DNA from: Candidatus Omnitrophota bacterium
GTDB lineage: Bacteria > Omnitrophota > Gorgyraeia > Gygaellales > Gygaellaceae
NCBI GenBank assembly: GCA_018400015.1
Contig: JAGYNB010000001.1
Location: 134,815-198,814 of the forward strand
Length of the DNA: 64,000 nt
Reading direction: 5' to 3'
The position numbers were made by a program, and so were the translations under genes. Below, piece after piece: positions 19,005-27,502 of the stretch. The notes beneath the pieces were generated by a model that was given only the letters and a program-made list of their open reading frames with translations, was not told where the DNA came from and ran no database searches. Each line of letters starts with the position of its first letter. The stretch's first letter is position 1.

Positions 19005-19970
19005 ATGCTTCGTATAGGCGATATTAAACTAAAATCCAACCTGATTCTTTCTCCTTTAGCCGGAATAAGCGACCTGCCTTTTCGTATGATCAACCGTAAG
19101 TTCGGATGCCATCTTGCCTTTGTAGAAATGATTAATGTCCGCTCGCTTAGTCATAAAAGTAAAAAGACTAAAATGATGTTGTCTACCTTAAGAGCTGATA
19201 GTCCTTTAGGGGTGCAGCTTTTGGGTTTTGAAGAGGAATTTATAAAAAGGGCAATAGATATATTGCAGTATTATAAATTCGATGTATTGGATTTTAATTG
19301 TGCCTGTCCGGAAAAAAAAGTTGTACGCCGTAAAGAAGGAGCAGCTTTATTAAAAGAGCCAAAGAAAATACATAAATTGTTAAAAGTTATTGTCGAACGC
19401 AGCCACCGGCCAGTGACTGTTAAGATAAGGACAGGTTTTAATAGCGAATCGATTAATGCCAAAGAAGTGGCATTATTGTGTGAGGATGCAGGCGTGAAGG
19501 CGCTATTTATTCATGGAAGAACCAGAGAGCAGTTTTATAAGCCCGGAGTTGATTACGATACGATTAGAAACGTAAAGAAATCTCTTTCAATTCCGGTTAT
19601 CGCTAGCGGCGATATCTTTAATGCTTCCTTAGCAAAGAAAATGCTGGAGGAGACCGGATGCGATGCTCTCGCTATTGCCAGGGGTAGTTTTGGCAATCCC
19701 TGGATTTTTAAGGAAATTGAAGCATCTTTAAAAGGAAGATTATTCAAGCGTCCCAACGTTTCACAGGTATATAAGGCGATGTTAATGCATTTTAATTTAA
19801 TTGTAGATTTTTACGGCGCAAGCAAAGCAGTAAGCTTGTTTAGAAAGTTTTTTAATTGGTATGTTAAAGGTTTTTCTAATGTGCGGCATTTAAGGGAAAA
19901 GGCCTGTAGTGTGAGAAAAGAGCAGGACATGTTAGAGGTTATGAGGATTTTTTTAAAGATGCACAAATAA
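19005..19970 (+). CDS. dusB: tRNA-dihydrouridine synthase (DusB-like)
   Basis: TIM-barrel Dus motifs (LSPLAGISDLPFR, DFNCACPEKKV, HGRTREQ). Confidence 0.85.
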   Translation: MLRIGDIKLKSNLILSPLAGISDLPFRMINRKFGCHLAFVEMINVRSLSHKSKKTKMMLSTLRADSPLGVQLLGFEEEFIKRAIDILQYYKFDVLDFNCACPEKKVVRRKEGAALLKEPKKIHKLLKVIVERSHRPVTVKIRTGFNSESINAKEVALLCEDAGVKALFIHGRTREQFYKPGVDYDTIRNVKKSLSIPVIASGDIFNASLAKKMLEETGCDALAIARGSFGNPWIFKEIEASLKGRLFKRPNVSQVYKAMLMHFNLIVDFYGASKAVSLFRKFFNWYVKGFSNVRHLREKACSVRKEQDMLEVMRIFLKMHK

Positions 19971-19973
19971 TTT

Positions 19974-20008
19974 ATTGACAATAAGCGATTTCATATTAAA
20001 ATAGGTAC
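19974..20008 (+). promoter_or_regulatory. Possible sigma70 promoter (TTGACA -35) driving the cobalamin riboswitch leader
   Basis: TTGACA at 19974-19979 and an AT-rich -10-like AAAATA about 17 nt downstream. Weak. Confidence 0.3.
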
Positions 20009-20034
20009 AGATTAAGGTTATACAGGTCCTTACA

Positions 20035-20285
20035 AAAGGACAATAGGGAAACTCGTAGAAGCGAGTGCGGTCCCGCCGCTGTAGTAAGGGACGAAATCCT
20101 GCAAGTAAAGCCACTGGAAAACCGGGAAGGCGCAGGAAAATAGAACGATCTTACAAGCCAGAAGACCTGCCTGTATAAAAAATGTCCAACAAATCCATTT
20201 GGTTCGCGGACAAGCCAATTAGGGATCAAGCAAAAAACAGGGTGCAATCCCGAATGTAGTTTAAGACTATATTCGGGTTTTTTAT
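20035..20285 (+). ncRNA. Cobalamin (adenosylcobalamin/B12) riboswitch with a terminator-type expression platform, in the 5' leader of btuB
   Basis: B12-box GCCACTG (agccactggaaaaccgggaagg), the conserved AGaCCtGCC segment (gccagaagacctgcc) and the upstream GGGAAACTCG…GTGCGGTCCCGCCGCTGTAGTAAGGGA core. It ends in an intrinsic terminator hairpin and is followed by a TonB-dependent receptor/B12 ABC operon. Confidence 0.75.
20249..20283 (+). terminator. Intrinsic terminator/attenuator hairpin of the riboswitch expression platform (CCCGAAT…ATTCGGG + T6)
   Basis: 7-bp perfect stem at 20249-20255 / 20271-20277 followed by TTTTTT, located 24 nt before the btuB ATG. Confidence 0.6.
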
Positions 20286-20306
20286 TGTCCGGGAAAGGCA
20301 AGAGTC

Positions 20307-22322
20307 ATGAGGGTTTCTAAATTAACTGTTTTATTGTTGGTTTTTTGTTTTTGTTTTAATGTTGTAAGTTTTGCCGAGAGTTTGATCGAGCTGCAAAGGA
20401 TTGTGATCACGCCAAATCGTTTCTCACAGCAGTTTAAGGATTCAACAGCTGAAATCACCATAATTACACAAGAGGATATTAAGAGTTCAGGCTCGCAGAA
20501 TCTTTTGGAAGTGTTAAGACCAGTTAAGGGAGTTTTGGTAAAGGATTATTATGGCACAGGAGCAAAGGCTTCAATTGACATTAGAGGTTTTGGTGAAACA
20601 GCAGGCAATAATGTCTTAGTTTTAGTTGACGGCAGACGAGTCAATGAAGTTGATTTAAGCGGCGTAAACTGGACGCAAATACCAATCGAAAGAGTAGAAA
20701 ACATTGAAATACTTCACGGCGGTACAGGCGCAGTTCTTTATGGTGATAATGCCGTAGGAGGCGTGATTAATATTATTACCAAATTAGGCAAATCAGAAAA
20801 GCCAGAAATCAACTTTGCCCAGGCAGCAGGAAGTTACCAGCTTAATAAACAAAGCGTTAGCATCGGAGCAAAGAATGATTTATTGTCTTATTCGGTAAAT
20901 GCAACCAGATTCGATACCAACGGTTACAGGGAAAATAGTGAATATCGTTCATTTGACGCAGGGGCGAAAATAAGATATACATTGAATGATTATTTTAATC
21001 TGAATTTGAGCGCAAATTCGCATGAGGCTGATTTTGGGCTTCCCGGGCCGCTTTCATTATCTGATTTAGAGACTTATTCTAGAAGAGATTCTAAGTCCAC
21101 CGAAGAAAATAACGATGTTGGAGAGAGGGACAGTTATATAAAGTTAGGATTAGAAGGCAAGTCGATTGATTCGGGGACTTTAAATCTAGATTTTGCCTAT
21201 CGCAGTAAACTATCGGATACATATTGGGGAAGTTATTCTACGATTAACAGTACTCGAATAGATACTTTTTCTTTTACCCCCAATTACACCCTTACGGCCG
21301 ATCTATTCAATAGAGAAAATAAATTAATTTTCGGATTGGATTACTATAAGATTGATTCTATGCTTAATGATTTTAGTACTACGACAGGATTGCAGATAGG
21401 CGATAGCGATATCGACAAAAATAGTCTTGGTTTTTATTTAAGCGATTCTTTTGATCTGAGCGATAAATTTATGATTGATCTTGGCTATAGATACGAAAGA
21501 ATACGTTATGATTTCGATTATATTGATTATCAGGGGTTATATGCTTCAGTTGATGATTTCCAGAAAAGAAATGAGGAAGCCTGGAAAATAGGCAGCGTAT
21601 ACTCAGCGGATAAAGATACTCAAATATTTGTAAATTTATCCAAAAGTTTCCGATCTCCATTAACCGATGAGTTTTTATTGTATGATTTTACAGTTTTTCC
21701 TTTTGGAAGAAGCGTCAATAAAGGATTAAGCACGCAGACCTCGCTTGGAGTTGAGACAGGCCTAAGGCATGCATTTAATAAGTATTTAAAGATCGACTTG
21801 GCGCTTTTTGATATGAGGGTAAATAACGAAATATATTATGACCCATCGACTTTTTTAAACAGTAGTTACGATAAGACACGTCATCAGGGCATAGATTTAC
21901 AATTTAATACAAAGTTTACAGAGCGGATTTCTGGTTTCTTAAACTACGCATATACTAGAGCAAAGTTTGAAAAAGGAATATACGATAATAATTATATTCC
22001 TATGGTGCCGGTAAATAAAGCGAGCCTGGGACTAAATATCGGTTTTTGGAAAAACTTTAAACTTATACCTATTGTTAATTATGTAGGTTCAAGATATATG
22101 ATAAGTGATCAGCGTAATCATGCAGGTAAAGTTAAGCCTTACGCAACGGTTGATTTGCGCATGAGTTATGAAAAAAACAATTGCGAAGTATTCTTGCATG
22201 CAAATAATATATTCGATGAGCGATACAGCGAATACGCAGTAACCAATAGTTCCGGCTCGACCAAGAATTTTTATCCCGCTGCGGAAAGGAATTTACTCGT
22301 AGGAGTTTCTTATAAGTTTTGA
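20307..22322 (+). CDS. btuB: TonB-dependent outer-membrane receptor, probably the cobalamin receptor BtuB
   Basis: Signal peptide, plug plus beta-barrel length (671 aa), and a C-terminal aromatic residue (…VGVSYKF). The upstream B12 riboswitch and downstream BtuFCD-like genes support the assignment. Confidence 0.8.
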   Translation: MRVSKLTVLLLVFCFCFNVVSFAESLIELQRIVITPNRFSQQFKDSTAEITIITQEDIKSSGSQNLLEVLRPVKGVLVKDYYGTGAKASIDIRGFGETAGNNVLVLVDGRRVNEVDLSGVNWTQIPIERVENIEILHGGTGAVLYGDNAVGGVINIITKLGKSEKPEINFAQAAGSYQLNKQSVSIGAKNDLLSYSVNATRFDTNGYRENSEYRSFDAGAKIRYTLNDYFNLNLSANSHEADFGLPGPLSLSDLETYSRRDSKSTEENNDVGERDSYIKLGLEGKSIDSGTLNLDFAYRSKLSDTYWGSYSTINSTRIDTFSFTPNYTLTADLFNRENKLIFGLDYYKIDSMLNDFSTTTGLQIGDSDIDKNSLGFYLSDSFDLSDKFMIDLGYRYERIRYDFDYIDYQGLYASVDDFQKRNEEAWKIGSVYSADKDTQIFVNLSKSFRSPLTDEFLLYDFTVFPFGRSVNKGLSTQTSLGVETGLRHAFNKYLKIDLALFDMRVNNEIYYDPSTFLNSSYDKTRHQGIDLQFNTKFTERISGFLNYAYTRAKFEKGIYDNNYIPMVPVNKASLGLNIGFWKNFKLIPIVNYVGSRYMISDQRNHAGKVKPYATVDLRMSYEKNNCEVFLHANNIFDERYSEYAVTNSSGSTKNFYPAAERNLLVGVSYKF

Positions 22323-22334
22323 TAAAATGAAATT

Positions 22335-23171
22335 ATGAGGATAAGGTTATTTGTTGTTTCGTTATTAGTTTGCTTAGGATTATTTTCAGGCGAATGCTTC
22401 GCCAGGGAACAAATGGCCCAAAGAATAGTATCCCTTGGGCCATTTTTGACAGAAGAAGTTGTTTTATTAGGGGCATCTGATCAGCTTGTAGGTATTACTA
22501 CATATTGCCGGATAGATAATAGTTTGGATATTGATAGAATCGCTACTATTATTGACGTTAATATCGAAAAGGTCCTTGCGTTAAAAACAGATTTGGTTTT
22601 GGCTACTTCTTTGACTAATGCAAATGATGTAAAGCGGTTAAGAGATTTAGGGGTAAAAGTTATGGTTTTCCCGCAGGCAAAGAATTTTGATCAGATGTGT
22701 ACGCAATTTTCTTTGCTAGCCGATTTATTGGATGAATCGGAGCAGGCAGAAGCGATTATAAGTAAGGCAAGACAAAGTATTGCATCTATTGAAGAAAGTC
22801 ATAAGGGTCTGTCTACGCAAAAGGTATTTATACAGGTTGGCGCCCGGCCATTATTCAGCATAGGAAAAGATTCATTCATTAATGATTTGGTTGTGAGAGC
22901 TGGTGGTGTGAATATAGCCGAAGACAGCAATCAAGGATTGTTTTCCCGTGAAGAAGTATTGAGGGCAAACCCTGATATTATCATTATCTCAGGCATGGGG
23001 ATAAATTTTGAAACAGAAAAAGCAATTTGGTTGAAGTATAAAAGTATTAATGCCGTAAAAAATAACCGGATTTTTGAATTCGACGCATATAAGTTATGCA
23101 GTCCGACTCCTATGAGTTTTGTCGACGCACTAAGAGAGATCGTCAGTATCTTTTATCCAAGTTTAAAATGA
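22335..23171 (+). CDS. btuF: ABC transporter periplasmic substrate-binding protein (cluster-8, BtuF/FhuD-like; vitamin B12 binding inferred from context)
   Basis: Signal peptide and a class III SBP fold signature (RIVSLGPFLTEEVVLLGASDQLVGIT). Position between btuB and the permease. Confidence 0.7.
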   Translation: MRIRLFVVSLLVCLGLFSGECFAREQMAQRIVSLGPFLTEEVVLLGASDQLVGITTYCRIDNSLDIDRIATIIDVNIEKVLALKTDLVLATSLTNANDVKRLRDLGVKVMVFPQAKNFDQMCTQFSLLADLLDESEQAEAIISKARQSIASIEESHKGLSTQKVFIQVGARPLFSIGKDSFINDLVVRAGGVNIAEDSNQGLFSREEVLRANPDIIIISGMGINFETEKAIWLKYKSINAVKNNRIFEFDAYKLCSPTPMSFVDALREIVSIFYPSLK

Positions 23172-24184
23172 ACAAAAAAACCTCTAAATGGATATTCTGG
23201 TTTACGGTTGTATTCTTAATTTCGCTAGTTAGCGTTGTATTTGCTTTTGTTATAGGGAGCGTTAATTTTGGTTTAAAAGAATTAGGCGATCTTATTAATA
23301 ACAGGCTCGATCCGGTGATTTCTTCTATATTCTTTGACATCAGGCTGCCGCGGGTGGTTTTGGGTTTTGCCGTAGGAGGCGCTTTGGCAATTTCGGGAGT
23401 TTTCTTGCAAGGTATTTTTCGCAACCCTTTGGTTGAGCCGTATAGCTTAGGTATATCCGGAGGGGCAGCGCTGGGTATTTGTTTAGCGATTATTTCCGGG
23501 CTAACCTTGAAGATAGGCATGGTAATCCTTCCTTTTACCGGTTTTGTCGGAGCAATTTCTACGGTAATCGCTGTATACGCAATAAACTTCAGAAAACAAT
23601 CCCTTAGACTCAATGGAGTATTATTAAGCGGAGTAATGATAAGTTTTATAGCCTCATCTTTAGTGATGCTGTTAATGGCTATAGCCGGAAGCGATAGCAT
23701 AACCGGAATAATATTTTGGATTATGGGTTCTTTGGACCAGAGCAATATCGGTTTAATAATAATAATGTGTGTTATTTCATTTGCCGGATTGATAGTAGGA
23801 TTATTTTATGCACAGAGGTTGAATGCATTTAGTCTAGGGGAAGAAGAAGCGATGCATTTAGGTATTAATACTGAACGGCTTAAGAAAGTGATGTTTATCA
23901 CAGCTTCCATTTTGACAGGCTGTTCGGTTTCCGTATGCGGCATAATTGGTTTTGTGGGGTTAGTAGTGCCACATTTTATGAGAATATTTGTAGGCCACGA
24001 CCATAGGATTTTGATAGTTACGTCATTTTTCGCCGGGGCAGCTTTTTTGGTGGCTTGCGATATAATCTCACGAACAATTATTTCTCCGCTAGAGTTACCT
24101 GTTGGTGTAATAACAGGCATATTAGGAGGAGGCCTGTTTATTTATGCATTATCAAAAAAAGATACAATACTTTTAGGTGAGTAA
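23168..24184 (+). CDS. btuC: FecCD-family ABC permease (BtuC-like)
   Basis: About 340 aa, roughly 9-10 TM helices, with FecCD motifs. Start taken at the ATGA overlap with the btuF stop (MNKKTSKWIF…) rather than the longer tracked ORF. Confidence 0.85.
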   Translation: MNKKTSKWIFWFTVVFLISLVSVVFAFVIGSVNFGLKELGDLINNRLDPVISSIFFDIRLPRVVLGFAVGGALAISGVFLQGIFRNPLVEPYSLGISGGAALGICLAIISGLTLKIGMVILPFTGFVGAISTVIAVYAINFRKQSLRLNGVLLSGVMISFIASSLVMLLMAIAGSDSITGIIFWIMGSLDQSNIGLIIIMCVISFAGLIVGLFYAQRLNAFSLGEEEAMHLGINTERLKKVMFITASILTGCSVSVCGIIGFVGLVVPHFMRIFVGHDHRILIVTSFFAGAAFLVACDIISRTIISPLELPVGVITGILGGGLFIYALSKKDTILLGE

Positions 24185-24186
24185 AC

Positions 24187-24963
24187 ATGATACATGTAGA
24201 ATCGCTTAGTGTAGCTTATGATGAAAAAGAGATTTTAGAAGATGTTTCTTTGGATATGCGCGCATGTGAGATTACGGGGATAATCGGGCCCAATGGAAGC
24301 GGTAAGACCACTCTTTTAAGGGCAATAACAAGAATCGTAAAACCCAAAGCCGGTAAAATATTTGTAGATAATTTAGATGTCGAAACATTAAGCAATTTGT
24401 GTCTTGCTAAGAAAATAGCTGTAGTTTCACAATATGCTATAAATGCATTTGATATGAATGTAGAAGACTACATTCTTTTGGGAAGAATACCTCACAGGAG
24501 AAGTCTACAGTTTATTGATTCAGCCAGTGATCATAATGTGGCAAAAAATGCTCTTTTTTTAGTAGGCATGCTGGATTTTGGAAATAGAATGCTTAGTTCT
24601 CTCAGTGCCGGAGAAAGACAGCTGGTTTTAATTGCGCGCGCCATCACGCAGCAAACAAAAGTTTTGCTTATGGACGAACCAACTTCTCATTTGGATATTT
24701 TTCATCAGATAAAGATTCTTGAGATAATAAAAAAACTTAATATTGAAAAAAAATTAACTTTTGTCATTGTAATGCACGATTTAAATCTAGCTTCCCAATT
24801 TTGTAAACGGTTGATACTTTTAAATGACAAAAAAGTTAGAATACAAGGTACGCCGGAGGAAATTATCAAAAAAGACATAATAGAAGAAGTTTATAAAATA
24901 AAAGTTTTTAATGAAAAATTTCCCCATACAAAAAAACCTTTTATCCTTCCTGTTTCTGATTAA
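24187..24963 (+). CDS. btuD: ABC transporter ATP-binding protein (BtuD/FepC-like)
   Basis: Walker A GPNGSGKTT, ABC signature LSAGERQ, Walker B LLMDEPTSHLD and H-loop. Confidence 0.85.
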   Translation: MIHVESLSVAYDEKEILEDVSLDMRACEITGIIGPNGSGKTTLLRAITRIVKPKAGKIFVDNLDVETLSNLCLAKKIAVVSQYAINAFDMNVEDYILLGRIPHRRSLQFIDSASDHNVAKNALFLVGMLDFGNRMLSSLSAGERQLVLIARAITQQTKVLLMDEPTSHLDIFHQIKILEIIKKLNIEKKLTFVIVMHDLNLASQFCKRLILLNDKKVRIQGTPEEIIKKDIIEEVYKIKVFNEKFPHTKKPFILPVSD

Positions 24964-25025
24964 AGAATAATTAGTTAGCATGTAAATATATTTTCAATTT
25001 TTTTGAAAAAAAATTAAATTTTTAC

Positions 25026-25054
25026 TTGCAAATTATTTTTTATTCAGTTATATT
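25026..25054 (+). promoter_or_regulatory. Sigma70-like promoter TTGCAA-17 nt-TATATT upstream of the lysine-rich micro-ORF
   Basis: TTGCAA at 25026-25031, a 17-nt spacer, and TATATT at 25049-25054, followed by the strong SD aggaagggggg. Confidence 0.45.
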
Positions 25055-25081
25055 AATAATTAGGAAGGGGGGTGAGGCGCG

Positions 25082-25165
25082 ATGGTAAAGAAGAAAAAAG
25101 CAAAGAAGAAGGTAACAAAGAAGAAGGTAACAAAGAAGAAGGCAACAAAGAAGAAGAAAAAGTAA
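25082..25165 (+). CDS. Candidate 27-aa lysine-rich peptide (MVKKKKAKKKVTKKKVTKKKATKKKKK), not in the ORF track
   Basis: Perfect-looking SD (aggaagggggg) 7 nt before the ATG, an upstream -35/-10, and an intrinsic terminator 55 nt downstream. 21 of 27 residues are Lys. Confidence 0.4.
   Translation: MVKKKKAKKKVTKKKVTKKKATKKKKK
25103..25150 (+). repeat. Three tandem copies of a 15-nt unit (aagaaggtaacaaag / …ggcaacaaag) encoding the KKVTK/KKATK repeats of the micro-ORF
   Basis: Direct tandem repetition visible in the sequence at 25103-25150. Confidence 0.7.
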
Positions 25166-25220
25166 ATAAATAGTTATTAATAGAAGTATATACTTGTTAC
25201 TTCATAGTTATTTTTAGAAA

Positions 25221-25251
25221 AACCCGCTTTGAGATATAAGCGGGTTTTTTA
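25221..25251 (+). terminator. Rho-independent terminator (ACCCGCTT-loop-AAGCGGGT + T7)
   Basis: 7-8 bp GC-rich stem at 25222-25229 / 25238-25245 followed by TTTTTTATTT. The symmetric A-tract upstream means it could work in both directions. Confidence 0.8.
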
Positions 25252-25330
25252 TTTCCCGACGATAAATACGATGTAAACAAGAAAGAAATAACAGTTTGCA
25301 TATTTTGTTTTGTTGCGTTATTATAAATAC

Positions 25331-25837
25331 ATGATTCAACTTTATACGGGAAAAGGCAAAGGTAAAACTACTGCGGCATTTGGTCTTGCTGTTAGAGCAC
25401 TCGGTCAAAATAAAAAAGTCCGTGTTGTGCAGTTTATGAAAAAAAACACAAGCGGAGAGAATTTGTTTTTCAAGAGATACAAGAATATAAAGATCTATTG
25501 TTACGGTAGTAATAGATTTTGTAAGAAAGAAAGTTTAACAAAAAAAGATTTTGATTTGGCAAATCAGGCTTTTGATAAGGCAAAAGAATTATCAAGAAAA
25601 AGAAATATCGATCTGCTTATTTTGGATGAGTTGAGTGTTGCAGTTTATTATGGATTAGTTGATATTAATGATGTTATTCTATTTATAAAATCAATTTCAA
25701 GGAAAATTGAAGTTGTCATAACTGGCAGATATGCTCACAAAGCCATAAAAAGAACCGCTGACTTGGTAAGTGAGATAAAAGAATCTAAGCATTATTATCG
25801 AAAAGGAATTAAATCTCGTAAAGGAATAGAATATTGA
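25331..25837 (+). CDS. cobO: Cob(I)yrinic acid a,c-diamide / cob(I)alamin adenosyltransferase (CobO/BtuR/CobA family)
   Basis: P-loop YTGKGKGKTTAAFG characteristic of CobA/BtuR-type ATP:corrinoid adenosyltransferases, about 170 aa. Start chosen at MIQLYTGKG; there is no SD and a -10-like TATTAT lies 6 nt upstream, so the transcript may be leaderless. Confidence 0.8.
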   Translation: MIQLYTGKGKGKTTAAFGLAVRALGQNKKVRVVQFMKKNTSGENLFFKRYKNIKIYCYGSNRFCKKESLTKKDFDLANQAFDKAKELSRKRNIDLLILDELSVAVYYGLVDINDVILFIKSISRKIEVVITGRYAHKAIKRTADLVSEIKESKHYYRKGIKSRKGIEY

Positions 25838-26496
25838 TGTTGTTACCTTTGAATATTAAATTTTCTAAAAAAAAATGTTTAGTAATAGGTAGCGGTAGCG
25901 TTGCTTTAAGAAAAATAAGATCTCTTTTAGAATGCGGCGGGTGTGTTTCGGTTGTCAGTAAAAAAATCGATTCCAAGGCCAAAGTTTTATTTAAGAAGAA
26001 AAAAATAGCTTTTCAGGAAAGAAGATTTTTAATAAGCGATCTTAAAGATGTTTTTTTTGTTGTTTGTGCCACCAATGACAGGAAAATTAATTCGATGGTA
26101 TCGCAAGAGTGCAAGAAAAGAAAAGTTTTGGTTAACGTGGTTGATTCTTTTGATCTTTCCGATGTGATTTTCCCGGCTTTTTTCCGGCAAGGCAGTCTTG
26201 TTATTTCGGTTAATACATCAGGGGTAAGTCCGGCGTTATCAAAAAAAATCAAACAGGACCTCAGAAAACATTTTTCAAAAGATTACGCATATTTTTTAAA
26301 AGAATTGTCATTAATAAGAAAAAAAGTTCAAAATGAAATAGCCTCTTCCGGTGTAAGAAAAAAGATTTTTAAAGATTTGACCAATATAGAGGTTATGCGA
26401 GATAATATAAAGAGTTATACCAGATTACAGATCAAGAACAAGATAAAGTCATTTTACGATAGATATGCACATAATTACAATCGGATTAAACCATAA
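25834..26496 (+). CDS. sirC: Precorrin-2 dehydrogenase / sirohydrochlorin ferrochelatase-type protein (SirC/Met8/CysG N-domain)
   Basis: NAD-binding motif (KCLVIGSGSVALRKIRSLLECGG) and size (220 aa) typical of SirC/CysG-N. Tetrapyrrole gene neighbourhood. Confidence 0.75.
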   Translation: MMLLPLNIKFSKKKCLVIGSGSVALRKIRSLLECGGCVSVVSKKIDSKAKVLFKKKKIAFQERRFLISDLKDVFFVVCATNDRKINSMVSQECKKRKVLVNVVDSFDLSDVIFPAFFRQGSLVISVNTSGVSPALSKKIKQDLRKHFSKDYAYFLKELSLIRKKVQNEIASSGVRKKIFKDLTNIEVMRDNIKSYTRLQIKNKIKSFYDRYAHNYNRIKP

Positions 26497-27502
26497 AAGT
26501 TCTCCTCTTTCGGTAAGAGAAAAGTTTGCTTTTTACGATGAAGAGCTTTCTAGAGCATTGAAGGTGCTTAATCGTATGGATTTTATTGATGAGTGCCTGA
26601 TTGTTTCTACCTGTAACAGGGTGGAGGTTTATGCTGCTACCGAAGACATAGATAGGTGTTTAGATTCGATAAAAAGCTTCTTTTTGACATATAAGGGAGT
26701 TGATATTTCCGATATCGCTGGTAATTTCTATACCTTTATTGGACACAGCGCATTTTTGCATTTATTTCAGGTAGGTTGTGGTTTAGATTCTTTGGTGATC
26801 GGCGAAACCCAAGTGTTGGGGCAATTAAAGAAAAGTTATCAGTTTGCGGTTAGAGCCTGCACCACGGGTAAGTTTATTAATTTTATGTTTCAGAAAGCTT
26901 TTTTTGTCAGTAAAAAAATCAGAAGCAGCTTTTCTTTTGGAGATGTTCAACTGAGTATTGGCTCGGTGACGGTTGATCTTATAAAGCAAAAGATCGATAG
27001 TCTTTTTAAGAAGAAGGTTTTAGTTATTGGAGCAGGAGAGATCTGTAGAACGATAATTCACTCGCTTTATAAAGAAAATATCGATTCGATTTTTGTTGCC
27101 AATCGCAGTTACGCTAAGGCATTAAAATTAAACGAACAGTTTAAAACTTTTCCATTGGATTTTACCAAAATAAGCGGACATATGAATAATGTTGATATTG
27201 TCATTACCTCAACTTCAGCGCCGCATTATATTCTGGATAAGACAAATTTTCCTACCGCTGTAGCAGGAAGAAAAAAACCGCTTATGCTTATTGATTTAGC
27301 TGTTCCACGTGACATAGAGCCTTGTTTGTCTTCTTTAAAGAGCGTTTATCTATATAACATTGATGACTTGAGGGTGATTATTGATAACAATCGTAAAAAA
27401 AGAATATATTATTTTGAAAATCATTTTAATTTACTTCAAAAAGAGACAGAGAAATTTTTTAATAAACTTTACTTTCCGCAGGAAGATTTTATAAATGTCT
27501 AA
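26465..27502 (+). CDS. hemA: Glutamyl-tRNA reductase
   Basis: N-terminal IGLNHKSSPLSVREKFAF, the active-site Cys region STCNRVEVY, and an NADPH-binding GAGE motif. Confidence 0.9.
   Translation: MHIITIGLNHKSSPLSVREKFAFYDEELSRALKVLNRMDFIDECLIVSTCNRVEVYAATEDIDRCLDSIKSFFLTYKGVDISDIAGNFYTFIGHSAFLHLFQVGCGLDSLVIGETQVLGQLKKSYQFAVRACTTGKFINFMFQKAFFVSKKIRSSFSFGDVQLSIGSVTVDLIKQKIDSLFKKKVLVIGAGEICRTIIHSLYKENIDSIFVANRSYAKALKLNEQFKTFPLDFTKISGHMNNVDIVITSTSAPHYILDKTNFPTAVAGRKKPLMLIDLAVPRDIEPCLSSLKSVYLYNIDDLRVIIDNNRKKRIYYFENHFNLLQKETEKFFNKLYFPQEDFINV

Noticed and set aside
23143-23745. 200-aa minus-strand ORF inside btuC, plus similar antisense ORFs at 35063-35533, 41334-41819, 58889-59320 and 63496-63996
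   Set aside because: Each lies entirely within a well-supported + strand gene with strong family motifs. They are antisense shadow ORFs with no start signals.
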